Counted from the first letter of the stretch, positions 36,489-45,905 are shown. The stretch is 64,000 nt of DNA from Nitrospira sp. (GCA_033852435.1 JAWOMO010000022.1:91448-155447); one strand, 5' to 3'. A program made the numbers and translations. The notes: a model not told the origin generated them from the letters alone.

Positions 36489-36516
36489 GGTGAGGGACCA
36501 TAACCCGTCCCTCGCC
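36489..36516 (+). terminator. 10-bp hairpin between the aminotransferase gene and folK (possible terminator/attenuator)
   Basis: GGTGAGGGAC pairs with GTCCCTCGCC (one G-U pair, 8-nt loop). It is flanked by inverted AGGCGT/ACGCCT hexamers. No U-tract is present. Confidence 0.35.
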
Positions 36517-36549
36517 TCACGCCTCACGTTTCACGCCTAACGGAGTCTC

Positions 36550-37101
36550 ATGGAGACGGTCTTCATTGGGTTCGGCTCGAATGTCGGCGATCGGGTGGAT
36601 TTCTGCGACCGCGCGGTGACGCTCTTGAGCCTGCTGCCACATTCTCAACTGTCGGGGGTTTCCTTGCTCTACGAGACCGAACCGGTTCGTGATGGATCGA
36701 ACCCCGGCGATGGCTGGTTCCTGAACGGCGTCGTCCAACTCGAAACGGATATCGCCCCCAAGATTCTCTTGAGCATCCTCCGGGAGATTGAACGATCGCT
36801 TGGACGCGACGAGGAGAATCGATCGGGCCCTCGAACGATTGATCTTGACATCCTGTTCTATGGCGAGCGGATTATCAACGAACCGGGCCTGACCATTCCA
36901 CATCCCCGGCTCCATCAGCGCCGATTCGTCTTGATGCCGCTGAGTGAACTCGACCCGCTGTTCGTCCATCCGGTTCGACAACGGTCGGTCAACCAAATGC
37001 TGGCCGAGGTCAACGATCCCTCAGAAGTTCGGTTGCTCTTCCCCCAACCTTCGACGCGATACGGCTCTCGCCCGACCTGCAGCCCGCGTTTCGACGTATG
37101 A
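36550..37101 (+). CDS. folK: 2-amino-4-hydroxy-6-hydroxymethyldihydropteridine diphosphokinase
   Basis: It has VFIGFGSNVGDR, RTIDLDILFYG and IPHPRLHQRRFVL motifs. Confidence 0.9.
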   Translation: METVFIGFGSNVGDRVDFCDRAVTLLSLLPHSQLSGVSLLYETEPVRDGSNPGDGWFLNGVVQLETDIAPKILLSILREIERSLGRDEENRSGPRTIDLDILFYGERIINEPGLTIPHPRLHQRRFVLMPLSELDPLFVHPVRQRSVNQMLAEVNDPSEVRLLFPQPSTRYGSRPTCSPRFDV

Positions 37102-37964
37102 AGATTGTTCATGCCCCTAAGGCCATGACGGCCTGGAGCGAACGGCTCAGGCGGGAAGGTGTGACGATCGGCTTCGTGCCGACGATGGGCGCACTGCATG
37201 ACGGCCACCGTTCGCTGATTCGAGCGGCTCGACTGCAATGCGACGCCCTCGTGGTCAGCATTTTTGTAAACCCAACACAATTTGCGCCTACGGAGGATCT
37301 GGCCAACTATCCGAGGCCCATTGCGAATGATCGCGCGCTCTGCCGCGCGGAAGGCGTGGATATCTGCTTCGAACCCAGCGCATCAGCGATGTATCCAAAA
37401 GGATTTCAAACTACGGTCGCTGTTCCGGGCATCGCGAAACGCTGGGAGGGTGAATCGCGCCCCCATCACTTCGGCGGCGTGGCAACGGTCGTCACGAAGC
37501 TGTTCGGCATGGTCCGGCCGCATGTCGCGCTGTTTGGGCAGAAGGACTATCAGCAGGCGGCGCTCGTCCAACAGCTTGTTCAAGACTTGAATCTTGGCGT
37601 GAGGATTCAGGTGAGGCCGACGGTGAGAGAACGCGACGGCTTAGCCATGAGTTCTCGCAATGTGTACCTCTCACCGGAAGAACGGATGCTCGCGCCGACT
37701 TTCTATCGGGCCTTGCAGGCCGGCCGGCAGGCGATTGAAGCTGGAAAGACCGATGGAGATTCGGTGCGTCAGGTCATGCGGCAGGTGATCAGTAAAGAAC
37801 CGATGATCCAGATCGATTACCTGGCCGTCTGCGATGGCGCAACGCTGGAACCGCTGACCACGATCGAACGGCAAGCGGTCCTGCTTGGCGCCATCCGGAT
37901 CGGTTCAGTCCGCCTGATCGATAATCTGGTCGTAAAGGTCGGAGGGAAAAAGGGCGGTCGTTGA
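37098..37964 (+). CDS. panC: Pantoate--beta-alanine ligase
   Basis: It has GFVPTMGALHDGH, VVSIFVNPTQF, FGQKDYQQ and MSSRN motifs. It overlaps folK by 4 nt. Confidence 0.95.
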   Translation: MKIVHAPKAMTAWSERLRREGVTIGFVPTMGALHDGHRSLIRAARLQCDALVVSIFVNPTQFAPTEDLANYPRPIANDRALCRAEGVDICFEPSASAMYPKGFQTTVAVPGIAKRWEGESRPHHFGGVATVVTKLFGMVRPHVALFGQKDYQQAALVQQLVQDLNLGVRIQVRPTVRERDGLAMSSRNVYLSPEERMLAPTFYRALQAGRQAIEAGKTDGDSVRQVMRQVISKEPMIQIDYLAVCDGATLEPLTTIERQAVLLGAIRIGSVRLIDNLVVKVGGKKGGR

Positions 37965-38004
37965 ACGGCTCCATAGCGGGGTTGGAGAAATAGAAGAACG
38001 TCCA

Positions 38005-38201
38005 GCAGGATACTCAAAAAGGCCGTCCGGCAAGGCCGCAACAAGCGAAGGGGCGAGGAGGTACATACCAAGCTTCGCTTGGGCCGCTCGCTTCGATCAC
38101 ATGCGAGCGGATAGTTACTTTGCCTCAAGCTGGATTCTCGGTACGTTGAGCCTCTGAGCGCAGTGAGAACGACGCCGGCGGACTTTTTCAGCATCCTGCT
38201 A
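38005..38201. repeat. Structured ~197-nt palindromic repeat, copy B
   Basis: It is homologous to 24181-24376 over its full length. It keeps the same internal hairpins, and its terminal helix is maintained by compensatory substitutions relative to copy A. Confidence 0.85.
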
Positions 38202-38708
38202 AGCGGTTGAGACAGACTGGTGCCCCTGGCTCACGAGCAGGCCAAGGACCACTTGGCTGAGACGTCGCTGGTCGGGCAACGGCACTTCGAGAAAGCGCAC
38301 CCCCACCGAGGAGGGACGGACGGAACAGACCATCGCCGTTTCGATCCGAATGGCCTCGTCCTCCTGCTTGGGCTTCAAAACCAGTCCAAGAAATGTCCCG
38401 CGCGGTAACCCTGTCGTCTGCAGCGTACAGCCGTCCATCGAAATATCGGTGATGCGGTTCGTCGCTTGCATCCGATTGTCGGCGAGAAACTGCGCCTCGA
38501 TTGATGTAGGAAGCCGCTTATATTGGCGGCGATCGAAGGCCTGCATGCTTTGGCGATCCCCTCGGTGGAAGGCGCGGAACTTATTCATGCAGAGCTGGCA
38601 ACGAAAGGGGAAGAGGTTCAACTGATTCATGACGCGCTCCATCGTGCCATCCTGATAGGTCACGCGCACGAACGGTGTGCCGCAATTCGGACAGTGGACT
38701 GTCTTCAT
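38199..38708 (-). CDS. Zinc-ribbon + PilZ-domain protein
   Basis: It has CPNCG...CQLC at the N-terminus, then RRQYKRLP ... DISMDGC, the PilZ RxxxR / D.S.GG-like signature. Confidence 0.7.
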   Translation of the reverse strand: MKTVHCPNCGTPFVRVTYQDGTMERVMNQLNLFPFRCQLCMNKFRAFHRGDRQSMQAFDRRQYKRLPTSIEAQFLADNRMQATNRITDISMDGCTLQTTGLPRGTFLGLVLKPKQEDEAIRIETAMVCSVRPSSVGVRFLEVPLPDQRRLSQVVLGLLVSQGHQSVSTA

Positions 38709-39136
38709 GCTCCCGGCTGAACCTCCTCAAGATCGCGTCCGGACTCGACCACTCGTCCATTTCGCTCCGCCTGCTCGATCAGGATAGGCTCGATCGACGC
38801 CGGCGAGTAGCTCGCCGGCTTGACCCATTTGCCGTCCTCACGCTTATATCCGCCGACCTTGCTCATGTTGGAACGGTGGACCTCGCGGAAAACAGGATCC
38901 ATGTCGATCCCGTACGACACGGCTGTGCCATAGACCACGTACAGGAGATCGGCCATTTCCTTTGCGATGCAGGCCAAATCGTTCTTCCCCATCGCCTCCT
39001 TGAGCTCTTCGAATTCTTCCTGGATCAACCGTTCACGTAAGGCGCGGGTCCGGTCATCCACCACGGTCGGCGCGTGATGCACGACGATGTCGAACATCCG
39101 GTGAAAGGCCGCCACCATAGCTTGGGCCTCTGTCAT
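38705..39136 (-). CDS. MazG-like all-alpha nucleoside-triphosphate pyrophosphohydrolase
   Basis: It has EEFEELKEA...EMADLLYVVYG (EExxE...D metal-binding helices). ATG 39136 is preceded by AAGGAG-N6, and earlier in-frame ATGs would overlap rmuC. Confidence 0.65.
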   Translation of the reverse strand: MTEAQAMVAAFHRMFDIVVHHAPTVVDDRTRALRERLIQEEFEELKEAMGKNDLACIAKEMADLLYVVYGTAVSYGIDMDPVFREVHRSNMSKVGGYKREDGKWVKPASYSPASIEPILIEQAERNGRVVESGRDLEEVQPGA

Positions 39137-39146
39137 CACGGGCTCC

Positions 39147-40538
39147 TTATTCATGGTCATGGGGCAACGCCTTTCGTGACACGACTTCCACCGGACCAAG
39201 CGAGGGGATGTCTTTGTCCGACGACACGCCCAGCTCTTTGAACCGGCGCGCAGCCGGAAGAATTCTCGTTTCCAACGATCCGACCGCCTTGTTGTAGGCC
39301 ACGACGCTCTTCCCTAACGATTGTCCGACATCGTTCAAGTGTTCCGCCAAGATCGCCATCCGCTCGTAGAGCTCTTTCCCCAATCGACCGGCTTCCTCGG
39401 CATGCTCGGTCAGCCGTTCCTGCCGCCATCCGTAGGCGACGGCGCGCAACAGGGCCATGAGCGTCGTCGGCGTCGCGAGAACGACGCCCTGCGCAAAGCC
39501 GTCCTCGATGAGTCGAGGATCCTGCTCCAATGCCGCTCCCAGAAATTGTTCTCCCGGTAAGAACAGGACCACGAATTCGGGCGCCTGGTCGAATTGACTC
39601 CAGTAGGCCTTCAAACTCAACTCATCCATGCGTGAGCGCACCTGAGCCGCATGACGGCGCAGCCCGTTCGTCCGCTCCGCCTCGTTCGTCGCTTCATGGG
39701 CCTCCAGATATCCGGCCAACACCGTTTTGGCATCGACGATGATTTGTCGCCCACCCGGCAACTGCACGACCATATCGGGACGTAACCGGCCTTCGTCGAC
39801 CGTCACTGATTCCTGCTCGTAGAAGTCGCAATGCGCCACCATACCGGCCAGCTCGGCCACGCGCTTCAGCGTGATTTCTCCCCAGCGGCCTCGCACGGCA
39901 GGGGCCCGCAGTGCATTGACGAGATTTCCAGTTTCCTGCTGCAACCGTTGCTGTGATTCGGCGAGTGACTTCAGGTGCTGGTCCAAGCCGCCATAGGCCG
40001 CCTGACGGGACTGTTCAAGCTGCCGGACCTGCTCGTCGTAGCGATGCAAGGATTCTGACAGCGGCTTCACCAGCTCATCGATAGCCTGTTGTCGCTGGGC
40101 GAGCTCGCCTTTGGCTTCTGCCTGCAGGGTTTGGAATGACGTCTTGGCAAGGTTCAAGAAGGCCTCGTTGTTTTGCTTCAGGGCTTCTCCCGACAAAGCC
40201 TGGAACGCTTCGGCCAGCTCATGCCGCGCCTGAGCGAGTATCGCCTTCTGTTCTTCCGCATGCTTGCTGGTTTCAATCGCTTGTGTCTCCGCGATGGCGC
40301 GCGCCCGCGCCTGCTCGGACAGCTCGCGCCTCATGCGTTCGAGGTCCGCCCGATCACCCTCTCCCTGGCGACGAAGCTCCTCGGCCAAGGTTTCGGCTCG
40401 TTGCGCTCGCTCCGCGGCGCTGAAGAGTTGGGAGTGAAATTGCGTGCGCAGGCGAGCCGACAGCCAGAAGCCGGCGATCAGCGCGCCGAGCACGACACCG
40501 GCTGTCAGACCCCAACCAAAGGCAGCGCTTTCAATCAT
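39147..40538 (-). CDS. rmuC: DNA recombination protein RmuC
   Basis: It has an N-terminal TM helix, a long coiled coil, and a C-terminal nuclease-like region (PDMVVQLPGGRQIIVDAKT, FVVLFLPGEQF), as in RmuC. Confidence 0.85.
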   Translation of the reverse strand: MIESAAFGWGLTAGVVLGALIAGFWLSARLRTQFHSQLFSAAERAQRAETLAEELRRQGEGDRADLERMRRELSEQARARAIAETQAIETSKHAEEQKAILAQARHELAEAFQALSGEALKQNNEAFLNLAKTSFQTLQAEAKGELAQRQQAIDELVKPLSESLHRYDEQVRQLEQSRQAAYGGLDQHLKSLAESQQRLQQETGNLVNALRAPAVRGRWGEITLKRVAELAGMVAHCDFYEQESVTVDEGRLRPDMVVQLPGGRQIIVDAKTVLAGYLEAHEATNEAERTNGLRRHAAQVRSRMDELSLKAYWSQFDQAPEFVVLFLPGEQFLGAALEQDPRLIEDGFAQGVVLATPTTLMALLRAVAYGWRQERLTEHAEEAGRLGKELYERMAILAEHLNDVGQSLGKSVVAYNKAVGSLETRILPAARRFKELGVSSDKDIPSLGPVEVVSRKALPHDHE

Positions 40539-40621
40539 GGATTGCAGTCCGCGTCATCATTGCAAGCAGCAAGTGACGACGAAGTTGGGTAACACTCTGA
40601 CGATGGAAAAGAATATTCGGG

Positions 40622-40650
40622 AGAATACGTAAACTTTCTATAAACGTCAA
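40622..40650 (-). promoter_or_regulatory. Sigma-70-like promoter for rmuC
   Basis: The minus strand reads TTGACG - 17 nt - TATTCT. A GAATATTC palindrome (40611-40618) lies just downstream of the -10. Confidence 0.5.
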
Positions 40651-40688
40651 GACAAGCGAGCCAGGTCCATTCGGCCCTAGTCTTTTCG

Positions 40689-43358
40689 TCATCGAATTCG
40701 GATCAACGTCGTTCGCATTCCGCACTGGTTGGACGATGCATCTTCCTCGAATCGGATCTCGCCTACTCCGGCATCGAGGTGAACGCGATCGCCTTCCTTC
40801 AAGAGGCTCATAACCCCGGCAACGTTAGCAACGGCGGGCAAGCCGTATTCTCGCGCGATGATCGCTCCGTGCGAGAGCGTGCCTCCCATTTCGGCCACGA
40901 GTCCCGCGGCGATCCCGAAAAGCGGCGCCATACCAGGATCGATCACGGGAGCGACGAGGATATCCCCCTTGACGACCCTGCACCAATCTTCCATCGATCG
41001 CACTAGTCTCACTGGTCCCGTCACACAACCGAGACTGATGGGAATGCCTCTCAAGACTCCCTCGGAGGTTGGGGAGGTGTCATCATGAGAGCGAGTGATC
41101 ACCTCCTCCCAATCTCGAATCGTATCGGGAACTTGAACCCCGATCCAGCGATCTCGCTCGGCACGGCGCGCCTGCACAAGAGTTGCCCAGTCTCTCGGCG
41201 TGCCCGATGACAAATCCCTCCGTTCCTTCAAGGTCAGGAAGAACACATCTTCTCGCACGGCAAAGACCCCCCGCTCAACAACGCGCTCACCGAGACAGAG
41301 CAGCAGGTTGCGGACTGCCGTGGAATAGAACATCAGATGATGACGGTTGGCCTCTCGCAAGGAGTAAAACCGGCAGAGACGCCGGTACCACCATTGAAAC
41401 ACCATCCACCGATCAAGCCGCCAGCCGCATCGGCTCCGGATCGCCTCCAATGCCTTCTCTCGAATGCGCCGTTGGCGCTCTGCAATGTCCGCCGGAGTAG
41501 AAGCCGGACCGCTCAGTTGAACCCTGATCACATCCAGCAGAGCCTCAGGCTGATCGGCAAATCGAGGAGACATCACATCCGATTCGCCCAGCCCGCGATG
41601 GCCGTAGTCCTCAAGGTAGCGATCGAAGGCGACGAGAAAGGGCGTGTCTTGCATCGTCTGGCGGAACGATCCGGAAACGGATCCCTCGCGCAACAACTTG
41701 CGAGATGTCGTTTCGTCTGTGCGGGCCATCTGAACTAATTCGGCCAATCGAATAATCTGCTGCGCGCTGATCACTGTCCCCTGCCCTTGCAACGCCGCGT
41801 TCAGAAGGCTTCGCCAATCCTCTCCCAGCCAGCGAGGCAGGGTCAGACTGAATGTTTGCAAACACTGTCCCACTCCTGCTGCGATGCCGAACGTAACCTC
41901 CCTTCGATCGAACCAGCGGCCGAGTTCGTCGAGACGGGCTCCAAGTTCATCGAAGGAAAAGTGCACGATGCGGTCTCGGCGGTAGGCGGAGGCCAGCTCT
42001 TTCATCTCTGCGAACCAGCCTGGCCCAGACTTCATGACCCGGCTCAATTCGCACCACATGACCCACCCGGCACGGAGGTAGGCGAACCAGCCGAGCGGCT
42101 TCACAGCCGGGACCTTTTGTAGCGCTTCGCCTCCCATTTGTTCGACATTCAAAGAAGGGTCGCCGCGCAACTGCCCGACGAGGTCATGAAACAACGACAC
42201 ATTCAGGTAGGGGCGACCGCATAACGTACGTACTGAGGAAAGTCCCTGGGGAATCCGACAACCCAACCGGCGGTAATGCGAGAGAATGCAGGACTCCATA
42301 AATTGCTTGAGAAAGGAGAGTCCCATCGGGCTGGGGACTTCCGGCATCGTTTCCTTGAAGTTGGTTCTTGACCACTCGCACTCGTCGTCGGTCAGTTCCC
42401 AAGACGGCTGCACGGCGGTAACCGGTCGGGCTTGCAAAACCCACAGCCTCTCCTTCTCAAATGCCCATTCCATATCGACAGGGTGCCGAGCGATGCTTTC
42501 GATCCGTTTCGCCAGCCGCGCGATATCGAGCAACTGAAGGTCTGAAAGGGAAGACTCTGTTCGATCTGAATCAGGAAGGTGCTCTTTGTGCAGCCCATCC
42601 GCTCCCACCTCCAGCCGCACCGACTGATGACCCAGGATGCGCCGGCGAATGAGGCCTTGTTGATCCTCCCCTCCGAGCTCCACGACGTACTGGTCCGGCG
42701 TGACTGCGCCGTCGACAAGGGGCGCACCTAAGCCGCGCACGGCATTGATCGTCACCTGATTCACACGTCCCGTCACAGGATGGATAGAATAGGCCGCCCC
42801 AGCAACCTGCGCAGTAAGCATTGGTTGAAAGATAATGGCCATGGCGGGAGGGTTGTGATCCGTTCTGGCTTTGGTCATGTACTCCACGACTCGCTCATTC
42901 CAGATCGATGCCCACAGATCCTTGATCACTCGGCCGATCTCCGTGGGGAGGACCCCCAGTTCTGTTCGATACAACCCTGCGAAGCTGGCTTGTCCCGTAT
43001 CTTCATTCGAGGCCGACGACCTCACGGCCCACCGCCGCTCTACTCCGCTCGTAATCCTTTGCATCTCCTCTGTACATGCCTCGACCAGTGACGAAACATC
43101 GGCCTGTCGAATCATCGACCCGCATTCGACGAGAACCAGCCGACGTGATTCAGCAACCTGACCGAGCGCCTGTTCCCATCGCTCTGTCGCCGAGAACCCC
43201 ATTGCGCGCAGTGCGTCATGGTACGCCTCCGTTGTCAGGCAGAAGCCCTCCGGGACATCGATCCCGGAGGCCAGAAGTCGGGCGAGGCCAAGAGCCTTCC
43301 CCCCGACGAGGGAGGCATCGTAACAATCGTGCAATGGAAGAATAAGCCGCGATGCCAT
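40689..43358 (-). CDS. PEP-synthase-like dikinase lacking the TIM-barrel domain (rifampicin-phosphotransferase-type architecture)
   Basis: It has an N-terminal PEP/pyruvate-binding ATP-grasp start (LVGGKALGLARL), a C-terminal swivel phosphohistidine domain (GGTLSHGAIIAREYGLPAV), and a ~450-aa uncharacterised central region. The protein is 889 aa. Confidence 0.75.
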   Translation of the reverse strand: MASRLILPLHDCYDASLVGGKALGLARLLASGIDVPEGFCLTTEAYHDALRAMGFSATERWEQALGQVAESRRLVLVECGSMIRQADVSSLVEACTEEMQRITSGVERRWAVRSSASNEDTGQASFAGLYRTELGVLPTEIGRVIKDLWASIWNERVVEYMTKARTDHNPPAMAIIFQPMLTAQVAGAAYSIHPVTGRVNQVTINAVRGLGAPLVDGAVTPDQYVVELGGEDQQGLIRRRILGHQSVRLEVGADGLHKEHLPDSDRTESSLSDLQLLDIARLAKRIESIARHPVDMEWAFEKERLWVLQARPVTAVQPSWELTDDECEWSRTNFKETMPEVPSPMGLSFLKQFMESCILSHYRRLGCRIPQGLSSVRTLCGRPYLNVSLFHDLVGQLRGDPSLNVEQMGGEALQKVPAVKPLGWFAYLRAGWVMWCELSRVMKSGPGWFAEMKELASAYRRDRIVHFSFDELGARLDELGRWFDRREVTFGIAAGVGQCLQTFSLTLPRWLGEDWRSLLNAALQGQGTVISAQQIIRLAELVQMARTDETTSRKLLREGSVSGSFRQTMQDTPFLVAFDRYLEDYGHRGLGESDVMSPRFADQPEALLDVIRVQLSGPASTPADIAERQRRIREKALEAIRSRCGWRLDRWMVFQWWYRRLCRFYSLREANRHHLMFYSTAVRNLLLCLGERVVERGVFAVREDVFFLTLKERRDLSSGTPRDWATLVQARRAERDRWIGVQVPDTIRDWEEVITRSHDDTSPTSEGVLRGIPISLGCVTGPVRLVRSMEDWCRVVKGDILVAPVIDPGMAPLFGIAAGLVAEMGGTLSHGAIIAREYGLPAVANVAGVMSLLKEGDRVHLDAGVGEIRFEEDASSNQCGMRTTLIRIR

Positions 43359-43372
43359 GCTGCGGATAGTAC

Positions 43373-44710
43373 CTAGAGGATGAGAAGGAGGTAAAGGTCG
43401 TTCACATTCGTTCCGGTTGGTCCAGTGATGATATGGCTTCGGAGGGCCCGCAGCGCCGGATACGTATTGTTCTGTGCGAGGGCTGCATCGAGATCCACGC
43501 CAAGGCGCTGGGCCCGGGCGAGCGTCTCTCCGCTCACCAGCGCGCCGGCCACGTCGGTCGGCCCATCGGTACCATCCGTTCCGATCGCTGCGACCCAGAC
43601 ATTCGATAGGCCGGCAATGGCCTTTGCTGCACTGACGGCAAACTCCTGCGCGCGCCCGCCCTTTCCATTTCCCTTGACGGTCACAGTGGTTTCTCCTCCT
43701 GCAACGATGCAGTAGGGTCTGGAGACAGAAGATCGCTTCGCATACAAGGTTCGAGCGAGTTCACCGAAACAAGCTCCCGCAACTCGCGATTCCCCCGCCA
43801 GAGTCATGGAATGCACGATGGTCCGAAAGCCCGCCTCCCGAGCCGTGTGGATGACGGCCGCCAGCGCGAGCTTACTGTTGCCGATAATCTGGTGGTGAAC
43901 CCGACGAAAAACCCGTGACCCCGGCTTGGGAGTTTCCGGGAGGTGCCTTTGGCGGCCTTGCTCCAAATGCGCCCGCACTGCCCGTGGAGATGAAAACCAG
44001 ACACGGTACCGTTTCAAGCAATCGATCGCCTCCCTATAGGTGGTCGGGTCAGGTGCGGTCGGCCCGGAGGCAATGGTACTGAGATCGTCGCCGAGGACAT
44101 CCGACAAGATCAAGGTTACGACGGTTGCTTTCGTCGCTTCAGCCAGGCGGCCTCCCTTCAGATTCGACAGGTGCTTGCGCACACAGTTGACCTCGCCGAT
44201 GCTGGCTCCGCTACGAAGCAACTGCTTCGTCACCCGCTGTTTATCCGCCAGGGTGACGCCGCGGACTGGTGACGGCATCAAGCTGGACGCGCCTCCGGAC
44301 AATAAGACGATCAGCAGATCATGCCTGGTCAGAGAGGAGGCCAGAGCGTGAATACGTTCCGCAGCCAGTTGGCCGGCTCGATCAGGAAGGGGATGGGCCG
44401 CTTCTGCCACCACGATTCTGGCAGTCGGAACCACATGACCATATTTGACGATGACGAATCCGGTATGTAATCGACGACCAAGTACCTGCTCCATCGCACG
44501 AGCCATCGAAGCCGTCGCTTTTCCCGCCCCAATCACGATGACTCGTTCATAATGACACAGGTCATACCTGTGCGACCCGACCGTCAAGACATCGCCCTCT
44601 TTCTTGACGGCTCGACGCAGGGCGGCTCCAGCATTCACCGCATCCAAGGCCCGCCTGATCATCTTGCCGAGCAGCGGTCTGACCGGAGATGCAGGAAGCT
44701 GAATTGCCAT
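43373..44710 (-). CDS. Glycerate 2-kinase (MOFRL/TtuD family)
   Basis: It has VIGAGKA, LLSGGASSL, GGETTVTVKGNGKGGRAQE and GTDGTDGPTD motifs. Confidence 0.85.
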   Translation of the reverse strand: MAIQLPASPVRPLLGKMIRRALDAVNAGAALRRAVKKEGDVLTVGSHRYDLCHYERVIVIGAGKATASMARAMEQVLGRRLHTGFVIVKYGHVVPTARIVVAEAAHPLPDRAGQLAAERIHALASSLTRHDLLIVLLSGGASSLMPSPVRGVTLADKQRVTKQLLRSGASIGEVNCVRKHLSNLKGGRLAEATKATVVTLILSDVLGDDLSTIASGPTAPDPTTYREAIDCLKRYRVWFSSPRAVRAHLEQGRQRHLPETPKPGSRVFRRVHHQIIGNSKLALAAVIHTAREAGFRTIVHSMTLAGESRVAGACFGELARTLYAKRSSVSRPYCIVAGGETTVTVKGNGKGGRAQEFAVSAAKAIAGLSNVWVAAIGTDGTDGPTDVAGALVSGETLARAQRLGVDLDAALAQNNTYPALRALRSHIITGPTGTNVNDLYLLLIL

Positions 44711-44725
44711 GAAAGGAGAGAAGCC

Positions 44726-45823
44726 TTAGGGCATTTTGTCTTGCTTGAAACAGCGGCTGGGACAGGTTTGACGAGGAACCCTGATTTCATAGGTCCCGTG
44801 CGGGAGCACATCTTTCTTGAATTCGGGATTGAGCATCTTGAGCTCGAGGAAGTAGGTGCCGAACTCCTCGGCGATGGAGGTCAACGCCCGCTGTGACTCT
44901 TTGACATTGACGGTAACGGTTTCCACCTCAAGCGGAGCATAGAGATCCTTTTTGCTCAGGCCCAGATACTTCTCCGGTTGGGAGTAGATTTCTTTGGCCG
45001 CGATGATGCGCGGCACATAACGCATGGTTTCGCGCGGACCGTGCATCCTCCAATAATCGGTGATCTTTTGCTCCTTGAGCAGCTTGCGCACACGTTCCTC
45101 ACCGGCATTGTAGGAGGCCATGGCCAGAAACCAGTCATTTTGCTGAAAGTCTTTGAGATACTTCAGATACTTGACCGCCGCCTCCGTCGACATTTCCAGA
45201 TTGCGGCGCTCATCGCGAACGGAATCGCTCTTGAGCCGGTAGCGTCTTCCGGTTGATGGAATAAACTGCCAGGGGCCGGATGCTTTCGCTTTCGAGTAGG
45301 CGGCCGAAATACATTTACTCTCAACCAGCAACATGTACTTCAGATCATCCGGCAGACCGGCTTCGGCCAATTGCCTCTCGGCAGGAGGGAAACAGCGTCC
45401 CGTGCGTTTGGCGAGGATAATGCTTTCGCCTTGATCCTCCAGAAATTGATAGAATTCGTATTCGATCCGTTCCCGCACCTGCCAATTATCCAGCGGCACC
45501 GGTTGCCCGGCAAAGGTAATCTTGTCGGGAAGCTTGAACGAACTGAGGAAGAATCGCTCGCCTTCCCGTTTGATTTCCGGAAGAATGACAAGACGGTCCT
45601 CCGGCTCGTTCTGCCCCTCAAGCGGCTCAGGAAGGATCAAGTCGAGCTCGCCGTTGGCACCGGTGCGCGCAGGAGCCTCCTTCGGTGGAGCTTGATCCGG
45701 TTCTGGTTGGGCCTTCGTCGAAATGGGAAATACGGCCGCCAGGACAAGCGTCACAATCAGCAACAGACGAAGAAGCCAGCCCCGCATAACGATCCTACCT
45801 CCGGATTGTTGGGATTCACTCAC
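44726..45823 (-). CDS. Lytic transglycosylase (SLT-domain, MltD-like) with N-terminal anchor
   Basis: It has ESKCISAAYSKAKASGPWQFIPSTG (catalytic Glu plus GxWQF) and AYNAGE motifs. Confidence 0.8.
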   Translation of the reverse strand: MSESQQSGGRIVMRGWLLRLLLIVTLVLAAVFPISTKAQPEPDQAPPKEAPARTGANGELDLILPEPLEGQNEPEDRLVILPEIKREGERFFLSSFKLPDKITFAGQPVPLDNWQVRERIEYEFYQFLEDQGESIILAKRTGRCFPPAERQLAEAGLPDDLKYMLLVESKCISAAYSKAKASGPWQFIPSTGRRYRLKSDSVRDERRNLEMSTEAAVKYLKYLKDFQQNDWFLAMASYNAGEERVRKLLKEQKITDYWRMHGPRETMRYVPRIIAAKEIYSQPEKYLGLSKKDLYAPLEVETVTVNVKESQRALTSIAEEFGTYFLELKMLNPEFKKDVLPHGTYEIRVPRQTCPSRCFKQDKMP

Positions 45824-45905
45824 CTACAATGTTTTCATGCTAGCAGCAAGCAGTCCGTGCGGCAAGCAGGATCAGCTTTCGCAGTCGTGCTACACTGCGG
45901 ATTGC

